Source: Eledone cirrhosa
Taxonomy: Eukaryota
Length of the DNA: 64,000 nucleotides
Assembly: GCA_964016885.1 (NCBI GenBank)
Contig: CAXHJY010000898.1
Location: 124,001 to 188,000 of the forward strand
Direction: 5' to 3'
Made by a program: the position numbers and the translations under genes. The notes beneath the pieces are model-generated. The model saw only the letters and a list, made by a program, of their open reading frames with translations. It did no database searches and was not told where the DNA came from. Positions 36,501 to 50,900 of this stretch are shown here, piece after piece; position 1 is the first letter of the stretch; each line of letters opens with the position of its first letter.

Positions 36501-39500
36501 CTTAGGATAGCTTAGCTTAGGATAGCTTAGGATAGCTTAGCTTAGGATAGCTTAGCTTAGGATAGCTTAGGATAGCTTAGCTTAGCTTAGCTTAGGATAG
36601 CTTAGCTTAGCTTAGCTTAGGATAGCTTAGCTTAGCTTAGGATTGCTTAGCTTAGCTTAGCTTAGGATAGCTTAGGATAGCTTAGCTTAGGATAGCTTAG
36701 CTTAGGATAGCTTAGGATAGCTTAGGATAGCTTAGCTTAGCTTAGCTTAGGATAGCTTAGCTTAGCTTAGCTTAGGATAGCTTAGCTTAGCTTAGCTTAG
36801 GATAGCTTAGCTTAGCTTAGGATAGCTTAGCTTAGCTTAGCTTAGGATAGCTTAGCTTAGCTTAGCTTAGGACAGCTTAGCTTAGCTTAGCTTAGGATAG
36901 CTTAGCTTAGCTTAGGATAGCTTAGCTTAGCTTAGCTTAGGATAGCTTAGCTTAGGATAGCTTAGCTTAGGATAGCTTAGCTTGGGTTAGCTTAGCTTAG
37001 CTTAGCTTAGGATAGCTTAGGATAGCTTAGCTTAGGATAGCTTAGCTTAGGATAGCTTAGGATAGCTTAGCTTAGGATAGCTTAGGATAGCTTAGCTTAG
37101 GATAGCTTAGCTTAGCTTAGCTTAGGATAGCTTAGCTTAGCTTAGGATAGCTTAGCTTAGCTTAGCTTAGGATAGCTTAGCTTAGGATAGCTTAGGAAAG
37201 CTTAGCTTAGCTTAGCTTAGGATAGCTTAGCTTAGCTTAGCTTAGGATAGCTTAGCTTAGCTTAGGATAGCTTAGCTTAGCTTAGCTTAGGATAGCTTAG
37301 CTTAGCTTAGTTTAGGATAGCTTAGCTTAGCTTAGCTTAGGATAGCTTAGCTTGGCTTAGCTTAGGATAGCTTAGCTTAGCTTAGCTTAGGATAGCTTAG
37401 CTTAGCTTAGCTTAGGATAGCTTAGCTTAGCTTAGCTTAGGATAGCTTAGCTTAGGATAGCTTAGCTTAGCTTAGCTTAGGATAGCTTAGCATAGCTTAG
37501 CTTAGGATAGCTTAGCTTAGCTTAGCTTAGGATAGCTTAGCTTAGCTTAGGATAGCTTAGCTTAGCTTAGCTTAGGATAGCTTAGCTTAGCTTAGCTTAG
37601 GATAGCTTAGCTTAGCTTAGCTTAGGAAAGCTTAGCATAGCTTAGCTTAGGATAGCTTAGCTTAGCTTAGCTTAGGATAGCTTAGCTTAGCTTAGGATAG
37701 CTTAGCTTAGCTTGGCTTAGGGTAGCTTAGCTTAGCTTGGCTTAGGATAGCTTAGCTTAGCTTAGCTTAGGATAGCTTAGCTTAGGATAGCTTAGGATAG
37801 CTTAGCTTAGCTTAGCTTAGGATAGCTTAGCTTAGTTTAGGATAGCTTAGCTTAGCTTAGCTTAGGATAGCTTAGGATAGCTTAGCTTAGGATAGCTTAG
37901 GATAGCTTAGCTTAGGATAGCTTAGGATAGCTTAGCTTAGGATAGCTTAGGATAGCTTAGGTTAGGATAGCTTAGCTTAGGATAGCTTAGGATAGCTTAG
38001 CTTAGGATAGCTTAGGATAGCTTAGCTTAGGATAGCTTAGGATAGCTTAGCTTAGGATAGCTTAGCTTAGGATAGCTTAGGAAAGCTTAGCTTAGCTTAG
38101 CTTAGGATAGCTTAGCTTAGCTTAGCTTAGGATAGCTTAGCTTAGCTTAGCTTAGGATAGCTTAGGATAGCTTAGCTTAGGATAGCTTAGGATAGCTTAG
38201 CTTAGGATAGCTTAGCTTAGGATAGCTTAGCTTAGGATAGCTTAGGATAGCTTAGCTTAGGATAGCTTAGGATAGCTTAGCTTAGGATAGCTTAGCTTAG
38301 GATAGCTTAGGATAGCTTAGCTTAGCTTAGCTTAGGATAGCTTAGCTTAGCTTAGGATAGCTTAGCTTAGCTTAGCTTAGCTTAGGATAGCTTAGCTTAG
38401 CTTAGGATAGCTTAGGATAGCTTAGCTTAGGATAGCTTAGGATAGCTTAGCTTAGGATAGCTTAGGATAGCTTAGCTTAGGATAGCTTAGGATAGCTTAG
38501 CTTAGGATAGCTTAGCTTAGGATAGCTTAGCTTAGCTTAGCTTAGGATAGCTTAGCTTAGGATAGCTTAGGATATCTTAGGTTAGGATAGCTTAGCTTAG
38601 GATAGCTTAGGATAGATTAGCTTAGCTTAGCTTAGGATAGCTTAGCTTAGCTTAGCTTAGGATAGCTTAGCTTAGCTTAGGATAGCTTAGCTTAGCTTAG
38701 CTTAGGATAGCTTAGCTTAGCTTAGCTTAGGATAGCTTAGCTTAGCTTAGGATAGCTTAGCTTAGCTTAGCTTAGGATAGCTTAGCTTAGCTTAGCTTAG
38801 GATAGCTTAGCTTAGCTTAGCTTAGGATAGCTTAGCTTAGGATAGCTTAGCTTAGGATAGCTTAGCTTAGGTTAGCTTAGCTTAGCTTAGCTTAGGATAG
38901 CTTAGGATAGCTTAGCTTAGGATAACTTAGCTTAGCTTAGCTTAGGATAGCTTAGCTTAGCTTAGCTTAGGATAGCTTAGCTTAGCTTAGCTTAGGATAG
39001 CTTAGCTTAGGATAGCTTAGGATTGCTTAGCTTAGCTTAGCTTAGGATAGCTTAGCTTAGCTTAGCTTAGGATAGCTTAGCTTAGCTTAGGATAGCTTAG
39101 CTTAGCTTAGCTTAGGATAGCTTAGCTTAGCTTAGCTTAGGATAGCTTAGCTTAGCTTAGCTTAGGATAGCTTAGGATAGCTTAGGATAGCTTAGCTTAG
39201 CTTAGCTTAGGATAGCTTAGCTTAGCTTAGGATAGCTTAGCTTAGCTTAGCTTAGGATAGCTTAGCTTAGCTAAAGATAGCTTAGCTTAGCTTAGCTTAG
39301 GATAGCTTAGCTTAGCTTAGCTTAGGATAGCTTAGCTTAGCTTAGCTTAGGATAGCTTAGCTTAGCTTAGCTTAGGATAGCTTAGCTTAGCTTAGCTTAG
39401 GATAGATTAGCTTAGCTTAGGATAGCTTAGCTTAGCTTAGCTTAGGAAAGCTTAGCTTAGCTTAGGATAGCTTAGCTTAGCTTAGCTTAGGAGAGCTTAG

Positions 39501-39800
39501 CTTAGCTTAGCTTAGGATAGCTTAGCTTAGCTTAGCTTAGGATAGCTTAGCTTAGCTTAGGTAGCTTAGCTTAGCTTAGCTTAGGATAGCTTAGCTTAGC
39601 TTAGCTTAGCTTAGGATAGCTTAGCTTAGCTTAGCTTAGGAGAGCTTAGCTTAGCTTAGCTTAGGATAGCTTAGGATAGCTTAGCTTAGGATAGCTTAGG
39701 ATAGCTTACCTTAGGAGAGCTTAGCTTAGGATAGCTTAGCTTAGGATAGCTTAGGATAGCTTAGCTTAGGATAGCTTAGCTTAGGATAGCTTAGCTTAGG
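33560..39800 (+). repeat. Tandem duplication with ~3.45-kb period (second copy incomplete)
   Basis: CATAG 34037/37491, TTTAG 34382/37836, GATAT 35122/38571, GTAG 36087/39561. Boundaries approximate. Confidence 0.8.
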
Positions 39801-42800
39801 ATAGCTTAGGATAGCTTAGCTTAGCTTAGCTTAGGATAGCTTAGCTTAGCTTAGCTTAGGATAGCTTAGCTTAGCTTAGCTTAGGATAGCTTAGCTTAGC
39901 TTAGCCTAGGATAGCTTAGGATAGCTTAGCTTAGGATAGCTTAGGATAGCTTAGCTTAGGTTAGCTTAGGATAGCTTAGCTTAGGATAGATTAGCTTAGG
40001 ATAGCTTAGCTTAGGATAGCTTAGGATAGCTTAGCTTAGGATAGCTTAGGATAGCTTAGCTTAGAATAGCTTAGCTTAGGATAGCTTAGGAAAGCTTAGC
40101 TTAGCTTAGCTTAGGATAGCTTAGCTTAGCTTAGCTTAGGATAGCTTAGCTTAGCTTAGCTTAGGATAGCTTAGGATAGCTTAGCTTAGGATAGCTTAGG
40201 ATAGCTTAGCTTTGGATAGCTTAGCTTAGGAGAGCTTAGCTTAGGATAGCTTAGGATAGCTTAGCTTAGGATAGCTTAGGATAGCTTAGCTTAGGATAGC
40301 TTAGCTTAGGATAGCTTAGGATAGCTTAGCTTAGCTTAGCTTAGGATAGCTTAGCTTAGCTTAGCTTAGGATAGCTTAGCTTAGCTTAGCTTAGCTTAGG
40401 ATAGCTTAGCTTAGCTTAGCTTAGGATAGCTTAGGATAGCTTAGCTTAGGATAGCTTAGGATAGCTTAGCTTAGGATAGCTTAGGATAGCTTAGCTTAGG
40501 ATAGCTTAGGATAGCTTAGCTTAGGATAGCTTAGCTTAGGATAGCTTAGCTTAGCTTAGCTTAGGATAGCTTAGCTTAGGATAGCTTAGGATAGCTTAGC
40601 TTAGGATAGCTTAGCTTAGGATAGCTTAGGATAGCTTAGCTTAGCTTAGCTTAGGATAGCTTAGCTTAGCTTAGCTTAGGATAGCTTAGCTTAGCTTAGG
40701 ATAGCTTAGCTTAGCTTAGCTTAGGATAGCTTAGCTTAGCTTAGCTTAGGATAGCTTAGCTTAGCTTAGCTTAGGATAGCTTAGCTTAGCTTAGGATAGC
40801 TCAGCTTAGCTTAGCTTAGGATAGCTTAGCTTAGGTTAGCTTAGGATAGCTTAGGATAGCTTAGGATAGCTTAGCTTAGCTTAGCTTAGGATAGCTTAGC
40901 TTAGCTTAGCTTAGGATAGCTTAGCTTAGCTTAGCTTAGGATAGCTTAGCTTAGCTTAGGATAGCTTAGCTTAGCTTAGCTTAGGATAGCTTAGCTTAGC
41001 TTAGGATAGCTTAGCTTAGCTTAGCTTAGGATAGCTTAGCTTTGCTTAGGATAGCTTAGCTTAGCTTAGCTTAGGATAGCTTAGCTTAGCTTAGCTTAGG
41101 ATAGCTTAGCTTAGGTTAGCTTAGGATAGCTTAGGATAGCTTAGGATAGCTTAGCTTAGCTTAGCTTAGGATAGCTTAGCTTAGCTTAGCTTAGGATAGC
41201 TTAGCTTAGCTTAGCTTAGGATAGCTTAGCTTAGCTTAGGATAGCTTAGCTTAGCTTAGCTTAGCTTAGCTTAGGATAGCTTAGCTTAGCTTAGGATAGC
41301 TTAGCTTAGCTTAGCTTAGGATAGCTTAGCTTTGCTTAGGATAGCTTAGCTTAGCTTAGCTTAGGATAGCTTAGCTTAGCTTAGCTTAGGATAGCTTAGC
41401 TTAGCTTAGCTTAGGATAGATTAGCTTAGCTTAGGATAGCTTAGCTTAGCTTAGCTTAGGAAAGCTTAGCTTAGCTTAGGATAGCTTAGCTTAGCTTAGC
41501 TTAGGAGAGCTTAGCTTAGCTTAGGATAGCTTAGCTTAGCTTAGCTTAGGATAGCTTAGCTTAGCTTAGGTAGCTTAGCTTAGCTTAGCTTAGGATAGCT
41601 TAGCTTAGCTTAGCTTAGCTTAGGATAGCTTAGCTTAGCTTAGCTTAGGATAGCTTAGCTTAGCTTAGCTTAGGATAGCTTAGGATAGCTTAGCTTAGGA
41701 TAGCTTAGGATAGCTTACCTTAGGAGAGCTTAGCTTAGGATAGCTTAGCTTAGGATAGCTTAGGATAGCTTAGCTTAGGATAGCTTAGCTTAGGATAGCT
41801 TAGCTTAGGATAGCTTAGGATAGCTTAGCTTAGCTTAGCTTAGGATAGCTTAGCTTAGCTTAGCTTAGGATAGCTTAGCTTAGGTTAGCTTAGCTTAGCT
41901 TAGCTTAGGATAGCTTAGCTTAGGATAGCTTAGGATAGCTTAGCTTAGGATAGCTTAGCTTAGGATAGCTTAGCTTAGCTTTGCTTAGGATAGCTTAGCT
42001 TAGCTTAGCTTAGGATAGCTTAGCTTAGCTTAGCTTAGGATAGCTTAGCTTAGCTTAGCTTAGGATAGCTTAGCTTAGCTTAGCTTAGGATAGCTTAGCT
42101 TAGCTTAGCTTAGTATAGCTTAGCTTAGCTTAGCTTAGGATCGCTTAGCTTAGCTTAGCTTAGGATAGCTTAGCTTAGCTTAGGATAGCTTAGCTTAGCT
42201 TAGCTTAGGATAGCTTAGCTTAGCTTAGGATAGCTTAGGATAGCTTAGCTTAGGAGAGCTTAGCTTAGCTTAGCTTAGGATAGCTTAGCTTAGCTTAGCT
42301 TAGGATAGCTTAGCTTAACTTAGCTTAGGATAGCTTAGCTTAGCTTAACTTAGGATAGCTTAGCTTAGCTTAGCTTAGGATAGCTTAGCTTAGCTTAGCT
42401 TAGGATAGCTTAGCTTAGCTTAGCTTAGGATAGCTTAGGATAGCTTAGCTTAGGATAGCTTAGGATAGCTTACCTTAGGAGAGCTTAGCTTAGGATAGCT
42501 TAGCTTAGGATAGCTTAGGATAGCTTAGCTTAGGATAGCTTAGCTTAGGATAGCTTAGCTTAGGATAGCTTAGGATAGTTTAGCTTAGCTTAGCTTAGGA
42601 TAGCTTAGCTTAGCTTAGCTTAGGATAGCTTAGCTTAGGTTAGCTTAGCTTAGCTTAGCTTAGGATAGCTTAGCTTAGGATAGCTTAGGATAGCTTAGCT
42701 TAGGATAGCTTAGCTTAGGATAGCTTAGCTTAGCTTTGCTTAGGATAGCTTAGCTTAGCTTAGCTTAGGATAGCTTAGCTTAGCTTAGCTTAGGATAGCT

Positions 42801-44050
42801 TAGCTTAGCTTAGCTTAGGATAGCTTAGCTTAGCTTAGCTTAGGATAGCTTAGCTTAGCTTAGCTTAGGATAGCTTAGCTTAGCTTAGCTTAGGATCGCT
42901 TAGCTTAGCTTAGCTTAGGATAGCTTAGCTTAGCTTAGGATAGCTTAGCTTAGCTTAGCTTAGGATAGCTTAGCTTAGCTTAGGATAGCTTAGGATAGCT
43001 TAGCTTAGGAGAGCTTAGCTTAGCTTAGCTTAGGATAGCTTAGCTTAGCTTAGCTTAGGATAGCTTAGCTTAACTTAGCTTAGGATAGCTTAGCTTAGCT
43101 TAACTTAGGATAGCTTAGCTTAGCTTAGCTTAGGATAGCTTAGCTTAGCTTAGCTTAGGATAGCTTAGCTTAGCTTAGCTTAGGATAGCTTAGGATAGCT
43201 TAGCTTAGGATAGCTTAGGATAGCTTACCTTAGGAGAGCTTAGCTTAGGATAGCTTAGCTTAGGATAGCTTAGGATAGCTTAGCTTAGGATAGCTTAGCT
43301 TAGGATAGCTTAGGATAGCTTAGCTTAGCTTAGCTTAGGATAGCTTAGCTTAGCTTAGCTTAGGATAGCTTAGCTTAGCTTAGCTTAGGATAGCTTAGCT
43401 TAGCTTAGCTTAGGATAGCTTAGGATAGCTTAGCTTAGGATAGCTTAGGATAGCTTAGCTTAGGATAGCTTAGGATAGCTTAGCTTAGGATAGCTTAGCT
43501 TAGGATAGCTTAGCTTAGGATAGCTTAGGATAGCTTAGCTTAGGATAGCTTAGGATAGCTTAGCTTAGGATAGCTTAGCTTAGGATAGCTTAGGATAGCT
43601 TAGCTTAACTTAGCTTAGGATAGCTTAGCTTAGCTTAGCTTAGGATAGCTTAGCTTAGCTTAGCTTAGGATAGCTTAGCTTAGCTTAGCTTAGGATAGCT
43701 TAGGATAGCTTAGCTTAGGATAGCTTAGGATAGCTTAGCTTAGGATAGCTTAGGATAGTTTAGCTTAGGATAGCTTAGCTTAGGATAGCTTAGGATAGCT
43801 TAGCTTAGCTTAGCTTAGGATAGCTTAGGATAGCTTAGCTTAGGATAGCTTAGGATAGCTTAGCTTAGGATAGATTAGGATAGCTTAGCTTAGGATAGCT
43901 TAGGATAGCTTAGCTTAGGATAGCTTAGCTTAGGATAGCTTAGCTTAGCTTAGCTTAGGATAGCTTAGCTTGGGATAGCTTAGGATAGCTTAGCTTAGGA
44001 TAGCTTAGCTTAGGATAGCTTAGGATAGCTTAGCTTAGCTTAGCTTAGGA
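39800..44050 (+). repeat. ~4.2-kb dispersed copy of ~19230-23480 (offset 20569), including the 755-bp duplication
   Basis: CCTAG 19336/39905, GTAG 21001/41570, CTTAC 21145/41714, 21900/42469, 22655/43224 and CTTGG 23400/43969 are all at offset 20569. Confidence 0.9.
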
Positions 44051-44979
44051 TAGCTTAGCTTAGCTTAGCTTAGGATAGCTTAGCTTAGCTTAGCTTAGGA
44101 TAGCTTAGCTTAGCTTAGCTTAGGATAGCTTAGGATAGCTTAGCTTAGGATAGCTTAGGATAGCTTAGCTTAGGATAGCTTAGGATAGCTTAGCTTAGGA
44201 TAGCTTAGCTTAGGATAGCTTAGCTTAGGATAGCTTAGGATAGCTTAGCTCAGGATAGCTTAGGATAGCTTAGCTTAGGATAGCTTAGCTTAGGATAGCT
44301 TAGGATAGCTTAGCTTAACTTAGCTTAGGAAAGCTTAGCTTAGCTTAGCTTAGGATAGCTTAGCTTAGCTTAGCTTAGGATAGCTTAGCTTAGCTTAGCT
44401 TAGGATAGCTTAGGATAGCTTAGCTTAGGATAGCTTAGGATAGCTTAGCTTAGGATAGCTTAGGATTGTTTAGCTTAGGATAGCTTAGCTTAGGATAGCT
44501 TAGGATAGCTTAGCTTAGCTTAGCTTAGGATAGCTTAGGATAGCTTAGCTTAGGATAGCTTAGGATAGCTTAGCTTAGGATAGATTAGGATAGCTTAGCT
44601 TAGGATAGCTTAGGATAGCTTAGCTTAGGATAGCTTAGCTTAGGATAGCTTAGCTTAGCTTAGCTTAGGATAGCTTAGCTTGGGATAGCTTAGGATAGCT
44701 TAGCTTAGGATAGCTTAGGATAGCTTAGCTTAGCTTAGCTTAGGATAGCTTAGCTTAGCTTAGCTTAGGATAGCTTAGCTTAGCTTAGGATAGCTTAGCT
44801 TAGCTTAGCTTAGGATAGCTTAGCTTAGCTTAGCTTAGGATTGCTTAGCTTAGCTTAGCTTAGGATAGCTTAGCTTAGCTTAGCTTAGGATAGCTTAGCT
44901 TAGCTTAGCTTAGGATAGCTTAGCTTAGCTTAGCTTAGAATAGCTTAGCTTAGGATAGCTTAGCTTAGGATAGCTTAGC

Positions 44980-47900
44980 TTAGGATAGCTTAGCTTAGGA
45001 TAGCTTAGGATAGCTTAGCTTAGGATAGCTTAGGATAGCTTAGCTTAGGATAGCTTAGCTTAGCTTAGCTTAGGATAGCTTAGCTTAGCTTAGGATAGCT
45101 TAGCTTAGCTTAGCTTAGGATAGCTTAGCTTAGGATAGCTTAGGAAAGCTTAGCTTAGCTTAGCTTAGGATAGCTTAGCTTAGCTTAGCTTAGGATAGCT
45201 TAGCTTAGCTTAGGATAGCTTAGCTTAGCTTAGCTTAGGATAGCTTAGCTTAGCTTAGTTTAGGATAGCTTAGCTTAGCTTAGCTTAGGATAGCTTAGCT
45301 TGGCTTAGCTTAGGATAGCTTAGCTTAGCTTAGCTTAGGATAGCTTAGCTTAGGATAGCTTAGCTTAGCTTAGCTTAGGATAGCTTAGCTTAGCTTAGCT
45401 TAGGATAGCTTAGCTTAGGATAGCTTAGCTTAGCTTAGCTTAGGATAGCTTAGCATAGCTTAGCTTAGGATAGCTTAGCTTAGCTTAGCTTAGGATAGCT
45501 TAGCTTAGCTTAGCTTAGGATAGCTTAGCTTAGCTTAGCTTAGGATAGCTTAGCTTAGCTTAGCTTAGGATAGCTTAGCTTAGCTTAGCTTAGGATAGCT
45601 TAGCATAGCTTAGCTTAGGATAGCTTAGCTTAGCTTAGCTTAGGATAGCTTAGCTTAGCTTAGGATAGCTTAGCTTAGCTTGGCTTAGGATAGCTTAGCT
45701 TAGCTTGGCTTAGGATAGCTTAGCTTAGCTTAGCTTAGGATAGCTTAGCTTAGGATAGCTTAGGATAGCTTAGCTTAGCTTAGCTTAGGATAGCTTAGCT
45801 TAGTTTAGGATAGCTTAGCTTAGCTTAGCTTAGGATAGCTTAGGATAGCTTAGCTTAGGATAGCTTAGGATAGCTTAGCTTAGGATAGCTTAGGATAGCT
45901 TAGCTTAGGATAGCTTAGGATAGCTTAGGTTAGGATAGCTTAGCTTAGGATAGCTTAGGATAGCTTAGCTTAGGATAGCTTAGGATAGCTTAGCTTAGGA
46001 TAGCTTAGGATAGCTTAGCTTAGGATAGCTTAGCTTAGGATAGCTTAGGAAAGCTTAGCTTAGCTTAGCTTAGGATAGCTTAGCTTAGCTTAGCTTAGGA
46101 TAGCTTAGCTTAGCTTAGCTTAGGATAGCTTAGGATAGCTTAGCTTAGGATAGCTTAGGATAGCTTAGCTTAGGATAGCTTAGCTTAGGATAGCTTAGCT
46201 TAGGATAGCTTAGGATAGCTTAGCTTAGGATAGCTTAGGATAGCTTAGCTTAGGATAGCTTAGCTTAGGATAGCTTAGGATAGCTTAGCTTAGCTTAGCT
46301 TAGGATAGCTTAGCTTAGCTTAGGATAGCTTAGCTTAGCTTAGCTTAGCTTAGGATAGCTTAGCTTAGCTTAGGATAGCTTAGGATAGCTTAGCTTAGGA
46401 TAGCTTAGGATAGCTTAGCTTAGGATAGCTTAGGATAGCTTAGCTTAGGATAGCTTAGGATAGCTTAGCTTAGGATAGCTTAGCTTAGGATAGCTTAGCT
46501 TAGCTTAGCTTAGGATAGCTTAGCTTAGGATAGCTTAGGATATCTTAGGTTAGGATAGCTTAGCTTAGGATAGCTTAGGATAGATTAGCTTAGCTTAGCT
46601 TAGGATAGCTTAGCTTAGCTTAGCTTAGGATAGCTTAGCTTAGCTTAGGATAGCTTAGCTTAGCTTAGCTTAGGATAGCTTAGCTTAGCTTAGCTTAGGA
46701 TAGCTTAGCTTAGCTTAGGATAGCTTAGCTTAGCTTAGCTTAGGATAGCTTAGCTTAGCTTAGCTTAGGATAGCTTAGCTTAGGATAGCTTAGCTTAGGA
46801 TAGCTTAGCTTAGGTTAGCTTAGCTTAGCTTAGCTTAGGATAGCTTAGGATAGCTTAGCTTAGGATAACTTAGCTTAGCTTAGCTTAGGATAGCTTAGCT
46901 TAGCTTAGCTTAGGATAGCTTAGCTTAGCTTAGCTTAGGATAGCTTAGCTTAGGATAGCTTAGGATTGCTTAGCTTAGCTTAGCTTAGGATAGCTTAGCT
47001 TAGCTTAGCTTAGGATAGCTTAGCTTAGCTTAGCTTAGGATAGCTTAGCTTAGCTTAGGATAGCTTAGCTTAGCTTAGCTTAGGATAGCTTAGCTTAGCT
47101 TAGCTTAGGATAGCTTAGCTTAGCTTAGCTTAGGATAGCTTAGGATAGCTTAGGATAGCTTAGCTTAGCTTAGCTTAGGATAGCTTAGCTTAGCTTAGGA
47201 TAGCTTAGCTTAGCTTAGCTTAGGATAGCTTAGCTTAGCTTAGGATAGCTTAGCTTAGCTTAGCTTAGGATAGCTTAGCTTAGCTTAGCTTAGGATAGCT
47301 TAGCTTAGCTTAGCTTAGGATAGCTTAGCTTAGCTTAGCTTAGGATAGCTTAGCTTAGCTTAGCTTAGGATAGATTAGCTTAGCTTAGGATAGCTTAGCT
47401 TAGCTTAGCTTAGGAAAGCTTAGCTTAGCTTAGGATAGCTTAGCTTAGCTTAGCTTAGGAGAGCTTAGCTTAGCTTAGCTTAGGATAGCTTAGCTTAGCT
47501 TAGCTTAGGATAGCTTAGCTTAGCTTAGGTAGCTTAGCTTAGCTTAGCTTAGGATAGCTTAGCTTAGCTTAGCTTAGCTTAGGATAGCTTAGCTTAGCTT
47601 AGCTTAGGAGAGCTTAGCTTAGCTTAGCTTAGGATAGCTTAGGATAGCTTAGCTTAGGATAGCTTAGGATAGCTTACCTTAGGAGAGCTTAGCTTAGGAT
47701 AGCTTAGCTTAGGATAGCTTAGGATAGCTTAGCTTAGGATAGCTTAGCTTAGGATAGCTTAGCTTAGGATAGCTTAGGATAGCTTAGCTTAGCTTAGCTT
47801 AGGATAGCTTAGCTTAGCTTAGCTTAGGATAGCTTAGCTTAGGTTAGCTTAGCTTAGCTTAGCTTAGCTTAGGATAGCTTAGCTTAGGATAGCTTAGGAT

Positions 47901-50900
47901 AGCTTAGGATAGCTTAGCTTAGGATAGCTTAGCTTAGGATAGCTTAGGATAGCTTAGCTTAGGATAGCTTAGGATAGCTTAGCTTAGGATAGCTTAGCTT
48001 AGGATAGCTTAGGATAGCTTAGCTTAGCTTAGCTTAGGATAGCTTAGCTTAGCTTAGCTTAGGATAGCTTAGCTTAGCTTAGGATTGCTTAGCTTAGCTT
48101 AGCTTAGGATAGCTTAGGATAGCTTAGCTTAGGATAGCTTAGCTTAGGATAGCTTAGGATAGCTTAGGATAGCTTAGCTTAGCTTAGCTTAGGATAGCTT
48201 AGCTTAGCTTAGCTTAGGATAGCTTAGCTTAGCTTAGCTTAGGATAGCTTAGCTTAGCTTAGGATAGCTTAGCTTAGCTTAGCTTAGGATAGCTTAGCTT
48301 AGCTTAGCTTAGGACAGCTTAGCTTAGCTTAGCTTAGGAAAGCTTAGCTTAGCTTAGGATAGCTTAGCTTAGCTTAGCTTAGGATAGCTTAGCTTAGGAT
48401 AGCTTAGCTTAGGATAGCTTAGCTTGGGTTAGCTTAGCTTAGCTTAGCTTAGGATAGCTTAGGATAGCTTAGCTTAGGATAGCTTAGCTTAGGATAGCTT
48501 AGGATAGCTTAGCTTAGGATAGCTTAGGATAGCTTAGCTTAGGATAGCTTAGCTTAGCTTAGCTTAGGATAGCTTAGCTTAGCTTAGGATAGCTTAGCTT
48601 AGCTTAGGATAGCTTAGCTTAGGATAGCTTAGGAAAGCTTAGCTTAGCTTAGCTTAGGATAGCTTAGCTTAGCTTAGCTTAGGATAGCTTAGCTTAGCTT
48701 AGGATAGCTTAGCTTAGCTTAGCTTAGGATAGCTTAGCTTAGCTTAGTTTAGGATAGCTTAGCTTAGCTTAGCTTAGGATAGCTTAGCTTGGCTTAGCTT
48801 AGGATAGCTTAGCTTAGCTTAGCTTAGGATAGCTTAGCTTAGGATAGCTTAGCTTAGCTTAGCTTAGGATAGCTTAGCTTAGCTTAGCTTAGGATAGCTT
48901 AGCTTAGGATAGCTTAGCTTAGCTTAGCTTAGGATAGCTTAGCATAGCTTAGCTTAGGATAGCTTAGCTTAGCTTAGCTTAGGATAGCTTAGCTTAGCTT
49001 AGGATAGCTTAGCTTAGCTTAGCTTAGGATAGCTTAGCTTAGCTTAGCTTAGGATAGCTTAGCTTAGCTTAGCTTAGGAAAGCTTAGCATAGCTTAGCTT
49101 AGGATAGCTTAGCTTAGCTTAGCTTAGGATAGCTTAGCTTAGCTTAGGATAGCTTAGCTTAGCTTGGCTTAGGATAGCTTAGCTTAGCTTGGCTTAGGAT
49201 AGCTTAGCTTAGCTTAGCTTAGGATAGCTTAGCTTAGGATAGCTTAGGATAGCTTAGCTTAGCTTAGCTTAGGATAGCTTAGCTTAGTTTAGGATAGCTT
49301 AGCTTAGCTTAGCTTAGGATAGCTTAGGATAGCTTAGCTTAGGATAGCTTAGGATAGCTTAGCTTAGGATAGCTTAGGATAGCTTAGCTTAGGATAGCTT
49401 AGGATAGCTTAGGTTAGGATAGCTTAGCTTAGGATAGCTTAGGATAGCTTAGCTTAGGATAGCTTAGGATAGCTTAGCTTAGGATAGCTTAGGATAGCTT
49501 AGCTTAGGATAGCTTAGCTTAGGATAGCTTAGGAAAGCTTAGCTTAGCTTAGCTTAGGATAGCTTAGCTTAGCTTAGCTTAGGATAGCTTAGCTTAGCTT
49601 AGCTTAGGATAGCTTAGGATAGCTTAGCTTAGGATAGCTTAGGATAGCTTAGCTTAGGATAGCTTAGCTTAGGATAGCTTAGCTTAGGATAGCTTAGGAT
49701 AGCTTAGCTTAGGATAGCTTAGGATAGCTTAGCTTAGGTAGCTTAGCTTAGGATAGCTTAGGATAGCTTAGCTTAGCTTAGCTTAGGATAGCTTAGCTTA
49801 GCTTAGGATAGCTTAGCTTAGCTTAGCTTAGCTTAGGATAGCTTAGCTTAGCTTAGGATAGCTTAGGATAGCTTAGCTTAGGATAGCTTAGGATAGCTTA
49901 GCTTAGGATAGCTTAGGATAGCTTAGCTTAGGATAGCTTAGGATAGCTTAGCTTAGGATAGCTTAGCTTAGGATAGCTTAGCTTAGCTTAGCTTAGGATA
50001 GCTTAGCTTAGGATAGCTTAGGATATCTTAGGTTAGGATAGCTTAGCTTAGGATAGCTTAGGATAGATTAGCTTAGCTTAGCTTAGGATAGCTTAGCTTA
50101 GCTTAGCTTAGGATAGCTTAGCTTAGGATAGCTTAGCTTAGCTTAGCTTAGGATAGCTTAGCTTAGCTTAGCTTAGGATAGCTTAGCTTAGCTTAGGATA
50201 GCTTAGCTTAGCTTAGCTTAGGATAGCTTAGCTTAGCTTAGCTTAGGATAGCTTAGCTTAGGATAGCTTAGCTTAGGATAGCTTAGCTTAGGTTAGCTTA
50301 GCTTAGCTTAGCTTAGGATAGCTTAGGATAGCTTAGCTTAGGATAACTTAGCTTAGCTTAGCTTAGGATAGCTTAGCTTAGCTTAGCTTAGGATAGCTTA
50401 GCTTAGCTTAGCTTAGGATAGCTTAGCTTAGGATAGCTTAGGATTGCTTAGCTTAGCTTAGCTTAGGATAGCTTAGCTTAGCTTAGCTTAGGATAGCTTA
50501 GCTTAGCTTAGGATAGCTTAGCTTAGCTTAGCTTAGGATAGCTTAGCTTAGCTTAGCTTAGGATAGCTTAGCTTAGCTTAGGATAGCTTAGCTTAGCTTA
50601 GCTTAGGATAGCTTAGCTTAGCTTAGCTTAGGATAGATTAGCTTAGCTTAGGATAGCTTAGCTTAGCTTAGCTTAGGAAAGCTTAGCTTAGCTTAGGATA
50701 GCTTAGCTTAGCTTAGCTTAGGAGAGCTTAGCTTAGCTTAGCTTAGGATAGCTTAGCTTAGCTTAGCTTAGGATAGCTTAGCTTAGCTTAGGTAGCTTAG
50801 CTTAGCTTAGCTTAGGATAGCTTAGCTTAGCTTAGCTTAGCTTAGGATAGCTTAGCTTAGCTTAGCTTAGGAGAGCTTAGCTTAGCTTAGCTTAGGATAG

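Noticed and set aside
39271-39275. Singleton variants (CTAAA 39271, CGTAG 17072, CATGG 27359, CTGAG 62404, CTTGA 15847)
   Set aside because: They are absent from paralogous copies and cannot be told apart from consensus errors without reads.
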